Virus record (IMG/VR): IMGVR_UViG_3300040809_000188
Span: 1 to 64,000 of that record
Source of the DNA: a virus
Strand: one strand, 5' to 3'
Length of the DNA: 64,000 nt
Under the pieces are notes generated by a model. That model was not told the DNA's origin, made no database searches, and worked only from the letters and a program-made list of their open reading frames with translations. This document shows positions 36,826-47,085 of this stretch, in pieces. Numbering within the stretch: the first letter of the stretch is position 1; each line of letters begins with the position of its first letter. The position numbers and the translations under genes were made by a program.

Positions 36826-37519
36826 GATAGCATATTTGGATGATGCAGAAAAGCAATATGTTGAACTAGGATATTATGGACACACATTCTTTGATATTGA
36901 TGGCGCACAATGTCATGCAGTATGGAATGACACAGAATATGCATTATGCTTCAGAGGAACAGAACCATCAGAGATTGGTGACATTCTTGCTGATCTAAAT
37001 GCTATACCAAGAGGTGCAATGACACATGGTCTTGTTCATTCTGGTTTCATGGGTGAACTGGACAAACTATGGCAAAACGTAGTAGAGCATCAAGCAAAAC
37101 ATCAAGATAAAACATTCTACATTACAGGACATTCTCTAGGCGCCGCAATGGCGACTATTGCTACATCTCGTTTTGAAGAGTTCACAAAGGTTCATGAACT
37201 GTACACGTTTGGATCACCAAGAGCAGGCACCAGAAGTTTCGTGAAGAATATCACTACACCACATTATCGTTTTGTGAATAACAATGACATTGTGACAGCA
37301 GTTCCACCAAGACTTATGTTCTATCGTCATCATGGAAACTTGACATACATCAATCATTATGGTAATATACGAAAACTAACACCATGGCAAAGAATGAAAG
37401 ACAAGTGGAGAGGTCGCTGGAGAGCATTCAGAAAAGGCATGCCTTTCGATGGTGCATTCGATCACTCAATGACATTGTATAGAGAAAAGGTTGTTAAGAA
37501 TGCAGAGGAAGATAAATAA
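36782..37519 (+). CDS. Class 3 lipase
   Basis: FRGT, VHSGF, GHSLG, TFGSPR, NNNDIV, DH. Confidence 0.92.
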   Translation: MLNLQIASRMAKASEIAYLDDAEKQYVELGYYGHTFFDIDGAQCHAVWNDTEYALCFRGTEPSEIGDILADLNAIPRGAMTHGLVHSGFMGELDKLWQNVVEHQAKHQDKTFYITGHSLGAAMATIATSRFEEFTKVHELYTFGSPRAGTRSFVKNITTPHYRFVNNNDIVTAVPPRLMFYRHHGNLTYINHYGNIRKLTPWQRMKDKWRGRWRAFRKGMPFDGAFDHSMTLYREKVVKNAEEDK

Positions 37520-37905
37520 TGCTTGAGAGAATGTTTGAAGATACGCTGTGGATTTACACAGCAATAGGAGGTTCTCTCATTGGTGCGGCTTTTCTCGCAT
37601 ACTTCAAAGAGACTAGAGCCGGACTATGGTGTTATGCCAAGTTAGATCAGTTTCTCGATTATCTTGTAGAGAAGTACGGACTGACTTGGTTTGAACAACC
37701 AACAGACGCATGGAGAAAGAAGTATCCATATGTCACAAAGAAGATAGACGAACTAGAAGCAAGGATAGCCGCTATGGAAGCACCAACTAAAAAATGTGAG
37801 TGTGGACATGACTGTCATTGTGGTAATGAATGTCAAGAGTGTGTAAACGATGTTTGCACAGAGTGTAAGTGTGAGGATAGTCGTGGACAATCAGCAGATT
37901 TTTGA
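37519..37905 (+). CDS. Membrane protein with Cys-rich metallothionein-like tail
   Basis: N-terminal TM; CECGHDCHCGNECQECVNDVCTECKC. Confidence 0.7.
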   Translation: MLERMFEDTLWIYTAIGGSLIGAAFLAYFKETRAGLWCYAKLDQFLDYLVEKYGLTWFEQPTDAWRKKYPYVTKKIDELEARIAAMEAPTKKCECGHDCHCGNECQECVNDVCTECKCEDSRGQSADF

Positions 37906-38155
37906 TTACATCAACGACTTGAGAAAAGAGTCAAAAAAGGAACACGAGTTGTTGCATAAGCGTATATCTGACATGAAGGACGAACTTCTTGCAGAAATGA
38001 AAGAAATTCGTAATGAGCAAGCGGCTGTAAACAGACGCATGGACAATCGTGTGACTGCACTTGAGCGTTGGAAGTGGACTATCGTTGGTGGTGCTATCGT
38101 TCTAGGCTTTGTCTTATCTGGTGGAGTCGAAGCAATACGGAATCTTTTGTCTTGA
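37883..38155 (+). CDS. Coiled-coil protein with C-terminal TM (XhlA/holin-like)
   Basis: RVTALERWKWTIVGGAIVLG. Confidence 0.7.
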   Translation: MDNQQIFDYINDLRKESKKEHELLHKRISDMKDELLAEMKEIRNEQAAVNRRMDNRVTALERWKWTIVGGAIVLGFVLSGGVEAIRNLLS

Positions 38156-38190
38156 CATCATAACAGTTTTACCATATAATCTTTTACATT

Positions 38191-39198
38191 ATGAGCAACT
38201 ATATTGACTTGAAATACCTGAATCAACTTTCAGGGCAACTTTCGCAGTTCAAGCGGAAGGATAACAATCTATTCAACTTTCGCTGTCCATTCTGCGGCGA
38301 TAGCGAAAAGAACAAACTCAAAGCAAGAGGCTATGTGTTTCTTGTTGAGGGTGCTTATTTGTACAAGTGTCATAACTGTGGTGTATCAGCAAATATTGAC
38401 AAACTTATCAGTCATGTAAGTCCTGATATGTACAAAGAATACCGCACAGAGCGGTTCATAGACAAGCGTAGAGAGCCTGTGACACCGGCTAAGACTTCAA
38501 CAGGTATAAAGTTCCGCAACCGAAATTATCATCTAAAGACCCCCCTCAAATCGTTGAAGAAGATTTCGCAGTTAGAGCATAATCATCCAGCGAAGCAATA
38601 TGTAGAGAAGAGAATGATACCAAAGGAGTATCATCGTAAGTTGTTCTATGCTCCAAAGTTTGCAAAGTGGGTGAACACAATCATTCCAAACAAACTGGAT
38701 GAGAAGTATGATGAACCTCGTTTGATCATACCGTTCTTTGATGAGCAAGAAAGGTTGTTTGGTTTTCAGGGTAGAGCGTTTGGTAAAAGTGCTGTCAAGT
38801 ATATCACCATCATGCTTGACGAGGGTGCTATTAAGGTGTTTGGACTAGAAGATGTGGATAAGACAAAGCGCATCTACATCACTGAAGGGCCTATAGATAG
38901 TATGTTCCTACCAAATAGTCTCGCAATGGCTGGTGCAGATATGAAATCTCTGAACCTACCAGATGTTGTATACATATATGACAATGAACCAAGAAGTAGT
39001 GAAATACTGAAGAAGATTGAAAAAAATATTTCCGCTGGTGCCTCTGTATGCGTCTGGCCAAGTTTTTTGAAAGAAAAAGATATTAATGATATGATACTAG
39101 CCGGATTGAGCATTTCAGAGATTCTAGGAATTATAAATGATAACACATTTTCTAAATTAAGAGCGAAAGTAAAACTTGCAGAGTGGAGAAAAGTATAG
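38191..39198 (+). CDS. gp61: DNA primase gp61
   Basis: CPFCGDS, CHNC, EGPIDS, DNEPR, KDINDM; promoter TTGACA 38152. Confidence 0.96.
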   Translation: MSNYIDLKYLNQLSGQLSQFKRKDNNLFNFRCPFCGDSEKNKLKARGYVFLVEGAYLYKCHNCGVSANIDKLISHVSPDMYKEYRTERFIDKRREPVTPAKTSTGIKFRNRNYHLKTPLKSLKKISQLEHNHPAKQYVEKRMIPKEYHRKLFYAPKFAKWVNTIIPNKLDEKYDEPRLIIPFFDEQERLFGFQGRAFGKSAVKYITIMLDEGAIKVFGLEDVDKTKRIYITEGPIDSMFLPNSLAMAGADMKSLNLPDVVYIYDNEPRSSEILKKIEKNISAGASVCVWPSFLKEKDINDMILAGLSISEILGIINDNTFSKLRAKVKLAEWRKV

Positions 39199-39199
39199 T

Positions 39200-39859
39200 A
39201 TGGAAGTGACTTTGATTGATAGTATGGGAACTGACTTGACTGTTGTGAATGCCGCAAGAGTTTCATTCTCTAAAACGTCTACATGGGCTAGAAACATTCC
39301 TCAATCTGAGACATATGAACTTTCAGATAGGGATAAGAAACTGATTCGATATCTAGCAGAACACAATCATTGGTCGCCTTTTGGACATGCATCATTGCAG
39401 TTCCATATCAAAGCACCTGTGTTTGTTGCAAGACAACTTGTAAAGCATCAAGTGGGTCTTGTGTGGAATGAAGTAAGTCGTAGATACGTTGATGATGAGC
39501 CAGAGTTTTACATTCCTAAAGAATGGCGCTTGAAAGCAGAAGATAAGAAACAGGGTAGTAGTAACGAGACAGTGGAATACAGCATCGATTCAACGATGAT
39601 GTGGTGTAAAGAGACTTATCAGAATCTACTCAATAAGAACATTGCGCCAGAGATGGCACGAATGGTACTACCACAAAACATGATGACTGAATGGTATTGG
39701 AGTGGTACACTATTCGCATTTGCGAGAGTATGTAACCTTAGATGTAAGGAGGATACACAAGCAGAGACAAGAGTTATAGCAAATCAAATAAGCGAACTAG
39801 CAAAGAAAAAGTTTCCAGTTTCGTGGGAACATCTAACAGACGGAGAAATCGATGAATAA
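39200..39859 (+). CDS. thyX: Flavin-dependent thymidylate synthase
   Basis: NAARVSF, HWSPF, RQLVKHQ, NEVSRRY, ARMVLP. Confidence 0.96.
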   Translation: MEVTLIDSMGTDLTVVNAARVSFSKTSTWARNIPQSETYELSDRDKKLIRYLAEHNHWSPFGHASLQFHIKAPVFVARQLVKHQVGLVWNEVSRRYVDDEPEFYIPKEWRLKAEDKKQGSSNETVEYSIDSTMMWCKETYQNLLNKNIAPEMARMVLPQNMMTEWYWSGTLFAFARVCNLRCKEDTQAETRVIANQISELAKKKFPVSWEHLTDGEIDE

Positions 39860-41762
39860 CTATCTACCAACAGAATATCAATCCTTTATTCACCTATCAA
39901 GGTATTCACGCTGGCAACCAGAACTAGGTCGCAGAGAAACTTGGGATGAAACTGTTAGTAGATATTTTGACTTCTTTACTGAGCATTTGAAAGAGCAGTG
40001 TGACTTTGATCTTGATCCAAAAGACAGAAAGCGTCTTGAAGAGTCTGTACTATCATTGAACACAATGCCTTCTATGCGTTGTCTGATGACTGCTGGTGAA
40101 GCACTAAAGCGTGAAAATATCGCAGGCTATAACTGTTCTTATATTGCTGTGGATTCACCAAGAGCATTTGATGAAATCCTATACATTCTTATGAACGGAA
40201 CTGGTGTCGGTTTCTCTGTTGAGCGTCAAGATGTAGCAAAACTTCCAGTAGTAGCAGATGAACTTCATCCTACAGATACAACGATTATTGTGCCAGACAG
40301 CAAACTAGGATGGGCGAAATCTTTGAAAGAACTCATTCATCTTCTATACTCTGGTCAGATTCCAAAATGGGATTTGAGCAAGGTTCGTCCAGCAGGCGCT
40401 CCATTGAAAACATTTGGTGGTAGAGCATCTGGTCCAGAACCACTAGATCAACTGTTTCGTTTTGCAGTAAATATCTTTACACACGCACAAGGACGCAAAC
40501 TCTCTTCACTAGAGTGTCATGACTTGGTGTGTAAGATCGCTGAGATTGTTGTTGTCGGTGGTGTTCGCCGTTCAGCACTTATCTCTCTTTCAAATCTAAG
40601 CGATGATCGTATGAGAGTTGCTAAATCAGGACAATGGTGGGAAGACAATGCACAAAGAGCCCTTGCGAATAACTCGGCCTGTTACACGGAAAAGCCAGAA
40701 ATCGGCATCTTCATGGACGAATGGAAATCCCTTTACGACTCGAAATCTGGAGAGCGGGGCATCTTCAACCGTCAGTCTGCCAAGCAACAGGCTGAACGTA
40801 ACGGTAGACGAGAATCTGAATGGGATTTCGGTACGAACCCCTGTTCAGAAATCATCCTAAGAAGCAAGCAGTTTTGTAATCTTTCAGAGGTTGTTGTTCG
40901 TGCATCAGATAGCATGAACACATTGAAGAAGAAAGTTGAGATTGCTACAATCCTTGGTACATTTCAGTCTACACTAACTAACTTCAAGTATCTGTCAAGT
41001 TCATGGACAAACAATACGAGAGAAGAGAGACTACTTGGTGTATCTCTGACTGGTATTATGGATAGCACACTTACCAATGGTAAAGAAGATGGACTTGAGA
41101 AGAGACTAGATGAACTAAAGAAAATCGCTGTGAAGACAAACGAAGAATGGTCAGAGAAACTTGGTATTCCACAGTCTGCGGCTATCACTTGTGTAAAGCC
41201 ATCAGGCACAGTATCACAGTTGGTTGATTCTGCGTCTGGCATTCATGCTCGTCATAATCCTTATTACATTCGTACTGTTCGTGCAGACAAGAAAGACCCT
41301 CTTGCACAGTTCATGCGTGATGCAGGGTTCCCTGTAGAGGATGATGTAATGAAGCCTGAGCATACCTATGTGTTCTCTTTTCCAATGAAAGCACCAGAAC
41401 ATGCTGTAATGCGTACTGACATGACTGCACTGGAGCAACTAGAACTATGGTTGCAGTATCAGAAGCATTGGTGTGAGCATAAGCCATCTGTGACAATCTC
41501 TGTCAAAGAGCATGAGTGGATGGAAGTTGGTGCATGGGTTTACAAACACTTTGATTGGATGAGTGGTGTATCATTCCTACCATTCTCTGAGCATGTATAC
41601 AAGCAAGCACCATATCAAGACTGTGACGAAGCAACTTATGAAGCAGAACTTGAGAAGATGCCTAAGAATGTTGACTGGTCAGCACTAACTCTATACGAGC
41701 AGTCAGACATGACAGAAGGCGCACAAGAACTTGCTTGTGTAGCAGGCGCTTGCGAAATCTAA
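39852..41762 (+). CDS. nrdJ: Class II (adenosylcobalamin) ribonucleotide reductase
   Basis: YNC, VVGGVRRSA, TNPCSEI, CVKPSGT, C-terminal CxxxxC; no nrdB adjacent. Confidence 0.92.
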   Translation: MNNYLPTEYQSFIHLSRYSRWQPELGRRETWDETVSRYFDFFTEHLKEQCDFDLDPKDRKRLEESVLSLNTMPSMRCLMTAGEALKRENIAGYNCSYIAVDSPRAFDEILYILMNGTGVGFSVERQDVAKLPVVADELHPTDTTIIVPDSKLGWAKSLKELIHLLYSGQIPKWDLSKVRPAGAPLKTFGGRASGPEPLDQLFRFAVNIFTHAQGRKLSSLECHDLVCKIAEIVVVGGVRRSALISLSNLSDDRMRVAKSGQWWEDNAQRALANNSACYTEKPEIGIFMDEWKSLYDSKSGERGIFNRQSAKQQAERNGRRESEWDFGTNPCSEIILRSKQFCNLSEVVVRASDSMNTLKKKVEIATILGTFQSTLTNFKYLSSSWTNNTREERLLGVSLTGIMDSTLTNGKEDGLEKRLDELKKIAVKTNEEWSEKLGIPQSAAITCVKPSGTVSQLVDSASGIHARHNPYYIRTVRADKKDPLAQFMRDAGFPVEDDVMKPEHTYVFSFPMKAPEHAVMRTDMTALEQLELWLQYQKHWCEHKPSVTISVKEHEWMEVGAWVYKHFDWMSGVSFLPFSEHVYKQAPYQDCDEATYEAELEKMPKNVDWSALTLYEQSDMTEGAQELACVAGACEI

Positions 41763-42016
41763 GTCCTTGTATTAGGATTTGTACACTTGAGAAATCAAAC
41801 GAAGACATCTCATATTGCGTGGGATGTTTTCGTACTCAAGATGAAATTCGTGATTGGCTCATAATAACAGATGAATCAAAGATTGACATCATGAACGATT
41901 GTCAGAAACGAAGGAAATCTTATGAAGAAAGTTTTACATTCAGTCCTGAAAACAGGACAGATTATAAAATCAAAGTCGGGCGAGAAAGAATGGGTGGTAG
42001 TAGAAACAGGAGATGA
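41735..42016 (+). CDS. DUF1289-like Cys protein
   Basis: SPCIRIC...CVGCFRT..EI..W; start uncertain. Confidence 0.7.
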   Translation: MCSRRLRNLSPCIRICTLEKSNEDISYCVGCFRTQDEIRDWLIITDESKIDIMNDCQKRRKSYEESFTFSPENRTDYKIKVGRERMGGSRNRR

Positions 42017-42116
42017 AGAAGTTCTACTAGCCGCTATTTCGTCTTACAAGAAACTGTCAACAAAAGATGCCATGGATTGGAATCTGCTTGAAGAAGAAGA
42101 TTTAAAGCATCTATAA
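41922..42116 (+). CDS. Hypothetical protein
   Basis: AAGGA RBS. Confidence 0.55.
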   Translation: MKKVLHSVLKTGQIIKSKSGEKEWVVVETGDEEVLLAAISSYKKLSTKDAMDWNLLEEEDLKHL

Positions 42117-42174
42117 GTGTCAAAAATTTGAATCACTAAATACTCACGAATCTTTAACGGAAAAGGGTGTCAAT

Positions 42175-42387
42175 ATGCGTCAAGTCGATGAAATGGTATA
42201 CGAACTAGAGTGTGACTCTTGTGGTGTATCATACGAACTTATTGTAGATGGTGCTGAGAAGAACGAACCAGTTTACTGTGCGTTCTGTGGCGCTGATATC
42301 GATATTGAACCTGACGAAGATGAAGATTTCATACATGATATTGATGATGAGTATGATGAGTTAGATTTTGACGATTATAGAGACTGA
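42175..42387 (+). CDS. Zinc-ribbon acidic protein
   Basis: CDSC...CAFC. Confidence 0.75.
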   Translation: MRQVDEMVYELECDSCGVSYELIVDGAEKNEPVYCAFCGADIDIEPDEDEDFIHDIDDEYDELDFDDYRD

Positions 42388-42823
42388 TTACGAAAATCCT
42401 TGGACATTTAACGGAAAACCATTTACTTCAGAAGACATAGGAAAATATGTAGGGTTCGTTTATGTCATTATTCACAAAGATAGTGGCCGACAATATATCG
42501 GCCGAAAGTATTTCCACACATTACGCAAAACAAAGGGCAAGACGAAACGAGTTCGCAAAGAGTCGGACTGGAAGAAGTATTACGGCTCTTCAGGAGACTT
42601 GTTGTCTGATGTTCAGACGTTGGGAAAAGAAAACTTTCAAAGAATAATTTTGTCTTTACATACGACAAAAGGTGATGTAAACTATGAGGAAGTAAAACAA
42701 CAGTTTAAGTACGATGTCTTAGAAGACACTAAATATTACAATGATAACATTAATGGAAAGTGGTATCGCAAAGCGGATCACATAGTTGAAGGAAGACTAT
42801 ACAATGAAGATTTCAGACTTTGA
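42368..42823 (+). CDS. GIY-YIG endonuclease
   Basis: GFVY...YIGRK, YYGSS, YYNDNI. Confidence 0.85.
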   Translation: MTIIETDYENPWTFNGKPFTSEDIGKYVGFVYVIIHKDSGRQYIGRKYFHTLRKTKGKTKRVRKESDWKKYYGSSGDLLSDVQTLGKENFQRIILSLHTTKGDVNYEEVKQQFKYDVLEDTKYYNDNINGKWYRKADHIVEGRLYNEDFRL

Positions 42824-43496
42824 AAAAGTAAAAAAGTTCCCATATCTATCAGACGACAAAGACACAATGCAGGCTAGGTTCAGAGAACTAGACTGGCTTG
42901 CACCTATGATCAATGACAAAGGTTGGAATCTTGAGTTTGGTGTACACACTGGACAAACCATTAACTGTATTGCTACCATGCGACCTGACTTGGAGTTCGT
43001 AGGATTTGATTCCTTTGAAGGACTTCCAGAAGATTGGGATATGGGTCAGAAGATGGTAAAGAAGGAAGCATTTGACAGAGGTGGCGAACTACCAGAAGTC
43101 GCAGATAATGTGTCTCTTGTCAAAGGATACTTTGATGCTACACTTCCACAATGGCTAAGAGAACAAGCGGAGGATGGATATGAACGGCCCAAACCAGAAA
43201 GTCAGAGCATATCTTACCTACACATTGATAGCGATATTTATTCTTCTTGCGTCACAATCTTTGAGCATCTAAACGACTATATCAAGCCTGGCTGTATCAT
43301 TCGATTTGATGAACTGTCATGCTGGCGTTATGTATTCCAAGAGGCATCACCCAAAAGTTTGCAACGAGTTTTCTATACAACATGGAAAGAGCATGAGTGG
43401 AAAGCACTGCATGAGTGGATGTCTAAATGTGACAGAAAAGTAGCACCTTTGTGTCGAAACTGGTTTCAGTCTGGTACGGTGATTGTTACACAATGA
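42804..43496 (+). CDS. TylF/MycF-like SAM-dependent methyltransferase
   Basis: LEFGV, GFDSFEGLPE, HIDSDIY, FDE. Confidence 0.85.
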   Translation: MKISDFEKVKKFPYLSDDKDTMQARFRELDWLAPMINDKGWNLEFGVHTGQTINCIATMRPDLEFVGFDSFEGLPEDWDMGQKMVKKEAFDRGGELPEVADNVSLVKGYFDATLPQWLREQAEDGYERPKPESQSISYLHIDSDIYSSCVTIFEHLNDYIKPGCIIRFDELSCWRYVFQEASPKSLQRVFYTTWKEHEWKALHEWMSKCDRKVAPLCRNWFQSGTVIVTQ

Positions 43497-44104
43497 TTAT
43501 CTCACACAAATACAAGTTTATCTTTGTAAAGACCCGTAAAACTGCTGGCTCAACATTTGAGAAGTTGGTGTCTCCGTACTTGGGTGAAGATGATATTTGC
43601 ACTGGTTCAAGTAGAGATGGAACTCCAGCACTTAACTGTGCGCCAGATACAAATGGTCATATTCCTCTTAGAGATATTATGTCTAAGTATTTTCCATCAG
43701 GCACCAACTACGATATCATCACAATCGAAAGAAATCCATACGATAAGGTAGTAAGCAGTTACTACTGGCATCAACACATCAAACCCCATCAGTTCGGTGA
43801 TATGTCTTTTGGTGTCTACATGAAGACTTGCAACTTGCTTCCACGAGATTGGAAACTCTACACGATTAATGGATCACTGCAATATAAAACCAAAGTTTTC
43901 AAATACGAGAATATGAACGACATATATGTTTGGTTAAAAAAGATGCGTGGACTTCATATTCCACTTGACAAACTGGGTCAAACTAAGTTAAAATCAGGCA
44001 TTAGAAAAGTAAAAGATTATAGAGAACTACACAATGACAATACGAAGAAAATTGTATTAGACTTGTTTCCAGATGAAATAAAGGAGTTTCGTTATGAGTT
44101 CTGA
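43493..44104 (+). CDS. Sulfotransferase family protein
   Basis: FVKTRKTAGST (5'-PSB), RNPYDKVVS (3'-PB). Confidence 0.85.
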   Translation: MIISHKYKFIFVKTRKTAGSTFEKLVSPYLGEDDICTGSSRDGTPALNCAPDTNGHIPLRDIMSKYFPSGTNYDIITIERNPYDKVVSSYYWHQHIKPHQFGDMSFGVYMKTCNLLPRDWKLYTINGSLQYKTKVFKYENMNDIYVWLKKMRGLHIPLDKLGQTKLKSGIRKVKDYRELHNDNTKKIVLDLFPDEIKEFRYEF

Positions 44105-44822
44105 TCCTATCAGACTATTCATCGGCACATCAGCAAACGGCGAAGATGCTAAGATTGAGATGGCTTATGAGTATTCGCTGAGAAAGAATACAGATAGAGA
44201 TATTGAGATTGTTTGGATGCGTCAGACAAATGACACTGAATCATACTGGCATGGCTGGGAAGACAAACGCTGGTCAACGCCTTTCAGTGGCTATCGTTGG
44301 GGCATTCCAGAATACTGCAACTTTGAAGGTCGTGCAATCTACACAGACTGTGATATGATCAATCTACGAGACATTGGTGAACTATTCGATATGGATATTG
44401 CTGATGACAAATGGATGCTTGCAAGAGACGGCAAGCGTTTTGGTGGTAAAGAGTTCTGTGTTATTCTATTTGACAATGCAAAGTTCAAAGGAAACATGCC
44501 TCCTGTAAATGAATGGAAGAAAGTAGATTCAGCACATCATCAGTTTATGCAGTTGTTCATTCAGAACAATCTAGTTGGTGACTTAGACCCTCGTTGGAAC
44601 AGTCATGATGGTGATGCAGAACCTATCTATCATCTACACTACACACATATGCCTACACAGCCTTGGAAGCCTGCTTGGTTTACTGGTACACCAGAAGAGC
44701 ATCCAAGACAAGACTTGGTAGAACTGTATCATAACACATATGAAGAAGCACTTGCAAATGGATACAAACTTGAAGACTATCAAGTCAATCGTGGTGTGAA
44801 CTATGGGATTATCGGCAAATGA
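44094..44822 (+). CDS. GT8-like glycosyltransferase
   Basis: STPFS, AIYTDCDM, WN, LHYT. Confidence 0.8.
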   Translation: MSSDPIRLFIGTSANGEDAKIEMAYEYSLRKNTDRDIEIVWMRQTNDTESYWHGWEDKRWSTPFSGYRWGIPEYCNFEGRAIYTDCDMINLRDIGELFDMDIADDKWMLARDGKRFGGKEFCVILFDNAKFKGNMPPVNEWKKVDSAHHQFMQLFIQNNLVGDLDPRWNSHDGDAEPIYHLHYTHMPTQPWKPAWFTGTPEEHPRQDLVELYHNTYEEALANGYKLEDYQVNRGVNYGIIGK

Positions 44823-45547
44823 GCATTTATGGTGAAGTGCCAACACATCCTGTGGTGTTTGCGGCATGTGATAAACACTACTTCAAAGAACACGGACCAT
44901 CTTTTATCTACTCCTGTAATGATGCTGGCAAAGACGTTCATGTTCATGTCACAGAAGCAGAACAAGAAACATATAACATTGCAAACATTCTGAACACAGA
45001 TACAGATGTAAAATGCACCTTCTCATACAACGAGTTTGAGAATATGGGAAGAGGACAGCGCACATACTACGCTTGTCTGAGGTTTCTTGTTCTACCAATC
45101 ATTCTACAACACGCAAAGAAAGTCATGACACTTGACATTGACTGTATGGTTATGAAAGACTTTGACTGGCCTGATAAGCCTGCTGGTTACTTTCCAAGAG
45201 AGCCTATTGCTGGAACAACGGGCTGGGAAAATCAAGGAACAAGAGTAGCCGCTGGTGCTGTGTATATGGATGACAGAGCATTGCCTCTTGCTCAAGCAGT
45301 TGTTGAGCGTATTCAACAAGGACCATGGCAATGGTTTCTAGATCAGATTGCATTGTCTGAATCTTTCGCTAGAGTAAGTGAAGACGATGTGGTAAAGTTT
45401 GATGCTGAGTTTATGGATTGGGAGTTCAAAGAAGGCACAACTATCTGGACTGGTAAGGGTCCAAGAAAGTTTGAAAATCCAATATATGTAGCAAAGAAGA
45501 ATGAGTTCAATCGTCTTCCTACAGCAACGACAAGGTGTTGGGCATGA
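44819..45547 (+). CDS. GT-A fold glycosyltransferase-like protein
   Basis: YYACLRF, LDID, AAG, LDQIAL. Confidence 0.7.
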   Translation: MSIYGEVPTHPVVFAACDKHYFKEHGPSFIYSCNDAGKDVHVHVTEAEQETYNIANILNTDTDVKCTFSYNEFENMGRGQRTYYACLRFLVLPIILQHAKKVMTLDIDCMVMKDFDWPDKPAGYFPREPIAGTTGWENQGTRVAAGAVYMDDRALPLAQAVVERIQQGPWQWFLDQIALSESFARVSEDDVVKFDAEFMDWEFKEGTTIWTGKGPRKFENPIYVAKKNEFNRLPTATTRCWA

Positions 45548-46518
45548 GTAAAGTATTGATTTTAAGACCTCGTTTAGACTTACCTTTCAAGAAGTTTGGA
45601 CTAGAGATTGCTAATAAGAATCTACCAGACATTCGTGTGTGGTGGGATAAGTTTATAACTGCACTTGAAGTACATCACGAAATGAAAGGTGATGATGTTG
45701 TAGTTGTAGAAGCCCAGAGATTCCAGTTTCACAACAGTCTTGTTGAGCAATACAAGCCAGATGTTGCATATGTACCACACGTTGAAAAACACAACTTTGG
45801 TGGTGGTGATGAGTGTCGTTACTATATGCAGACTGTTGTTCCTTGGCTCTTTACAATCGATCACAAAGGCTGGGCTGGTGGTGGTTCATTTGTCGGTGAA
45901 GCATACGATACTCTGCCTGATGACAATGGTGCTACTTTTGCAAAGTTTCAAGAACGCATGAAGCGTGGTGAAAGCAAGTATGAACAACCAAATCATGATT
46001 CTTTCAACTGCACTGAAGACTTTATCTTCTGTCCACTTCAGATTCCACATGATGAGACTATCAAATGGCACAGCAAAGTAAAGATGGAAGAACTTGTAGA
46101 AAAACTCTGTCACTGGTCAAACACAAGTGATCACGCAGTTGTATTCAAAAGCCATCCTATGAATCCAAAGAGTATGGAAGAGATGAAGAAGATTGCATCT
46201 GGTCACAATAAGGTAATGTGGATCGATCATGCAAACATTCACAATGTCATACCAAAAGCAAAAGCAGTCTATGTTATTAACTCTGGTACAGGTATGGAAT
46301 CAATGTGTCATGAAGTTCCTGTTGTACGCTTTGGTGATGCTGAATACAATGATGCTGTAATCGCTGGTAACATCAATGATTTGAACGAAACCTTCAAAAA
46401 AGTTGAAAAAATTGATAAAAAAATAATGACTGAAAAATACAAGCAATTTTATAACTGGTTTGTCAATAAGATTTGTTATGATGCTACTGATATGGGAACC
46501 TTTATGAAAATAAAATAA
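45544..46518 (+). CDS. KpsC/KpsS-like capsule-modification glycosyltransferase
   Basis: PLQIPHD, KSHP, INSGTGMES. Confidence 0.75.
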   Translation: MSKVLILRPRLDLPFKKFGLEIANKNLPDIRVWWDKFITALEVHHEMKGDDVVVVEAQRFQFHNSLVEQYKPDVAYVPHVEKHNFGGGDECRYYMQTVVPWLFTIDHKGWAGGGSFVGEAYDTLPDDNGATFAKFQERMKRGESKYEQPNHDSFNCTEDFIFCPLQIPHDETIKWHSKVKMEELVEKLCHWSNTSDHAVVFKSHPMNPKSMEEMKKIASGHNKVMWIDHANIHNVIPKAKAVYVINSGTGMESMCHEVPVVRFGDAEYNDAVIAGNINDLNETFKKVEKIDKKIMTEKYKQFYNWFVNKICYDATDMGTFMKIK

Positions 46519-46629
46519 TGTCCGATATGATACTACTAGGTCAGCAATACTGACGGATTATATATACAGGTGTCAGCGAACTAGTTGACACCTTTTTTTC
46601 ACAAACAAAACCTTTTTAGGGAGACTACG

Positions 46630-46800
46630 ATGGCAGCCAGATTTTTTGGTGCCCTAGTAGATATGTTCGGTCGTCATCGTATGACAGGTAACCGGCAAAT
46701 CGATATCTGGGCAGAGACAGAATTTAAACACAACGCACAATGGGCTAAAAACTTTTATTACAGAACAGGGAGATTTCCAAGTGGCAAAGATGTTTGCTAA
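46630..46800 (+). CDS. Small protein (56 aa)
   Basis: AGGGAG RBS; WAETEF motif. Confidence 0.65.
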   Translation: MAARFFGALVDMFGRHRMTGNRQIDIWAETEFKHNAQWAKNFYYRTGRFPSGKDVC

Positions 46801-46918
46801 AGCAATGAATATTTTTGAACGTATCGGAACAGCAAGAGCGGCGCATCATCTAGCGACAATGGGTCGTTACGAAGAAGCAAGAAAACTCATGACGGAGTTT
46901 AAAAAAAATGATTATTAA
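46790..46918 (+). CDS. Small protein (42 aa)
   Basis: MFAKAMNIFERIGTARAAHHLATMGRYEEARKLM; overlapping chain. Confidence 0.65.
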   Translation: MFAKAMNIFERIGTARAAHHLATMGRYEEARKLMTEFKKNDY

Positions 46919-47075
46919 TTTCTTTAGAATACTTACAAATGATTACTTCAAGGATATTGAAAGAAGAAGAGAAGAGGCTTGGCTCGCTAGGTCTACTGAT
47001 CTTGTTGACTTGGAACGCCGTCAGAGAGAACTCACTTACGGGTCGGGCAATTACAAGTTCTTTAATGAAAGGTGA
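46908..47075 (+). CDS. DUF3563-like small protein (55 aa)
   Basis: EEAWLARSTDLVDLERRQREL. Confidence 0.7.
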   Translation: MIINFFRILTNDYFKDIERRREEAWLARSTDLVDLERRQRELTYGSGNYKFFNER

Positions 47076-47085
47076 GGATTGAACA

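Noticed and set aside
42368-42823. GIY-YIG gene as mobile homing element or intron
   Set aside because: Short, with no obvious DNA-binding tail and no interrupted gene. gp43, gp41, thyX and nrdJ are normal length with no intein or intron.
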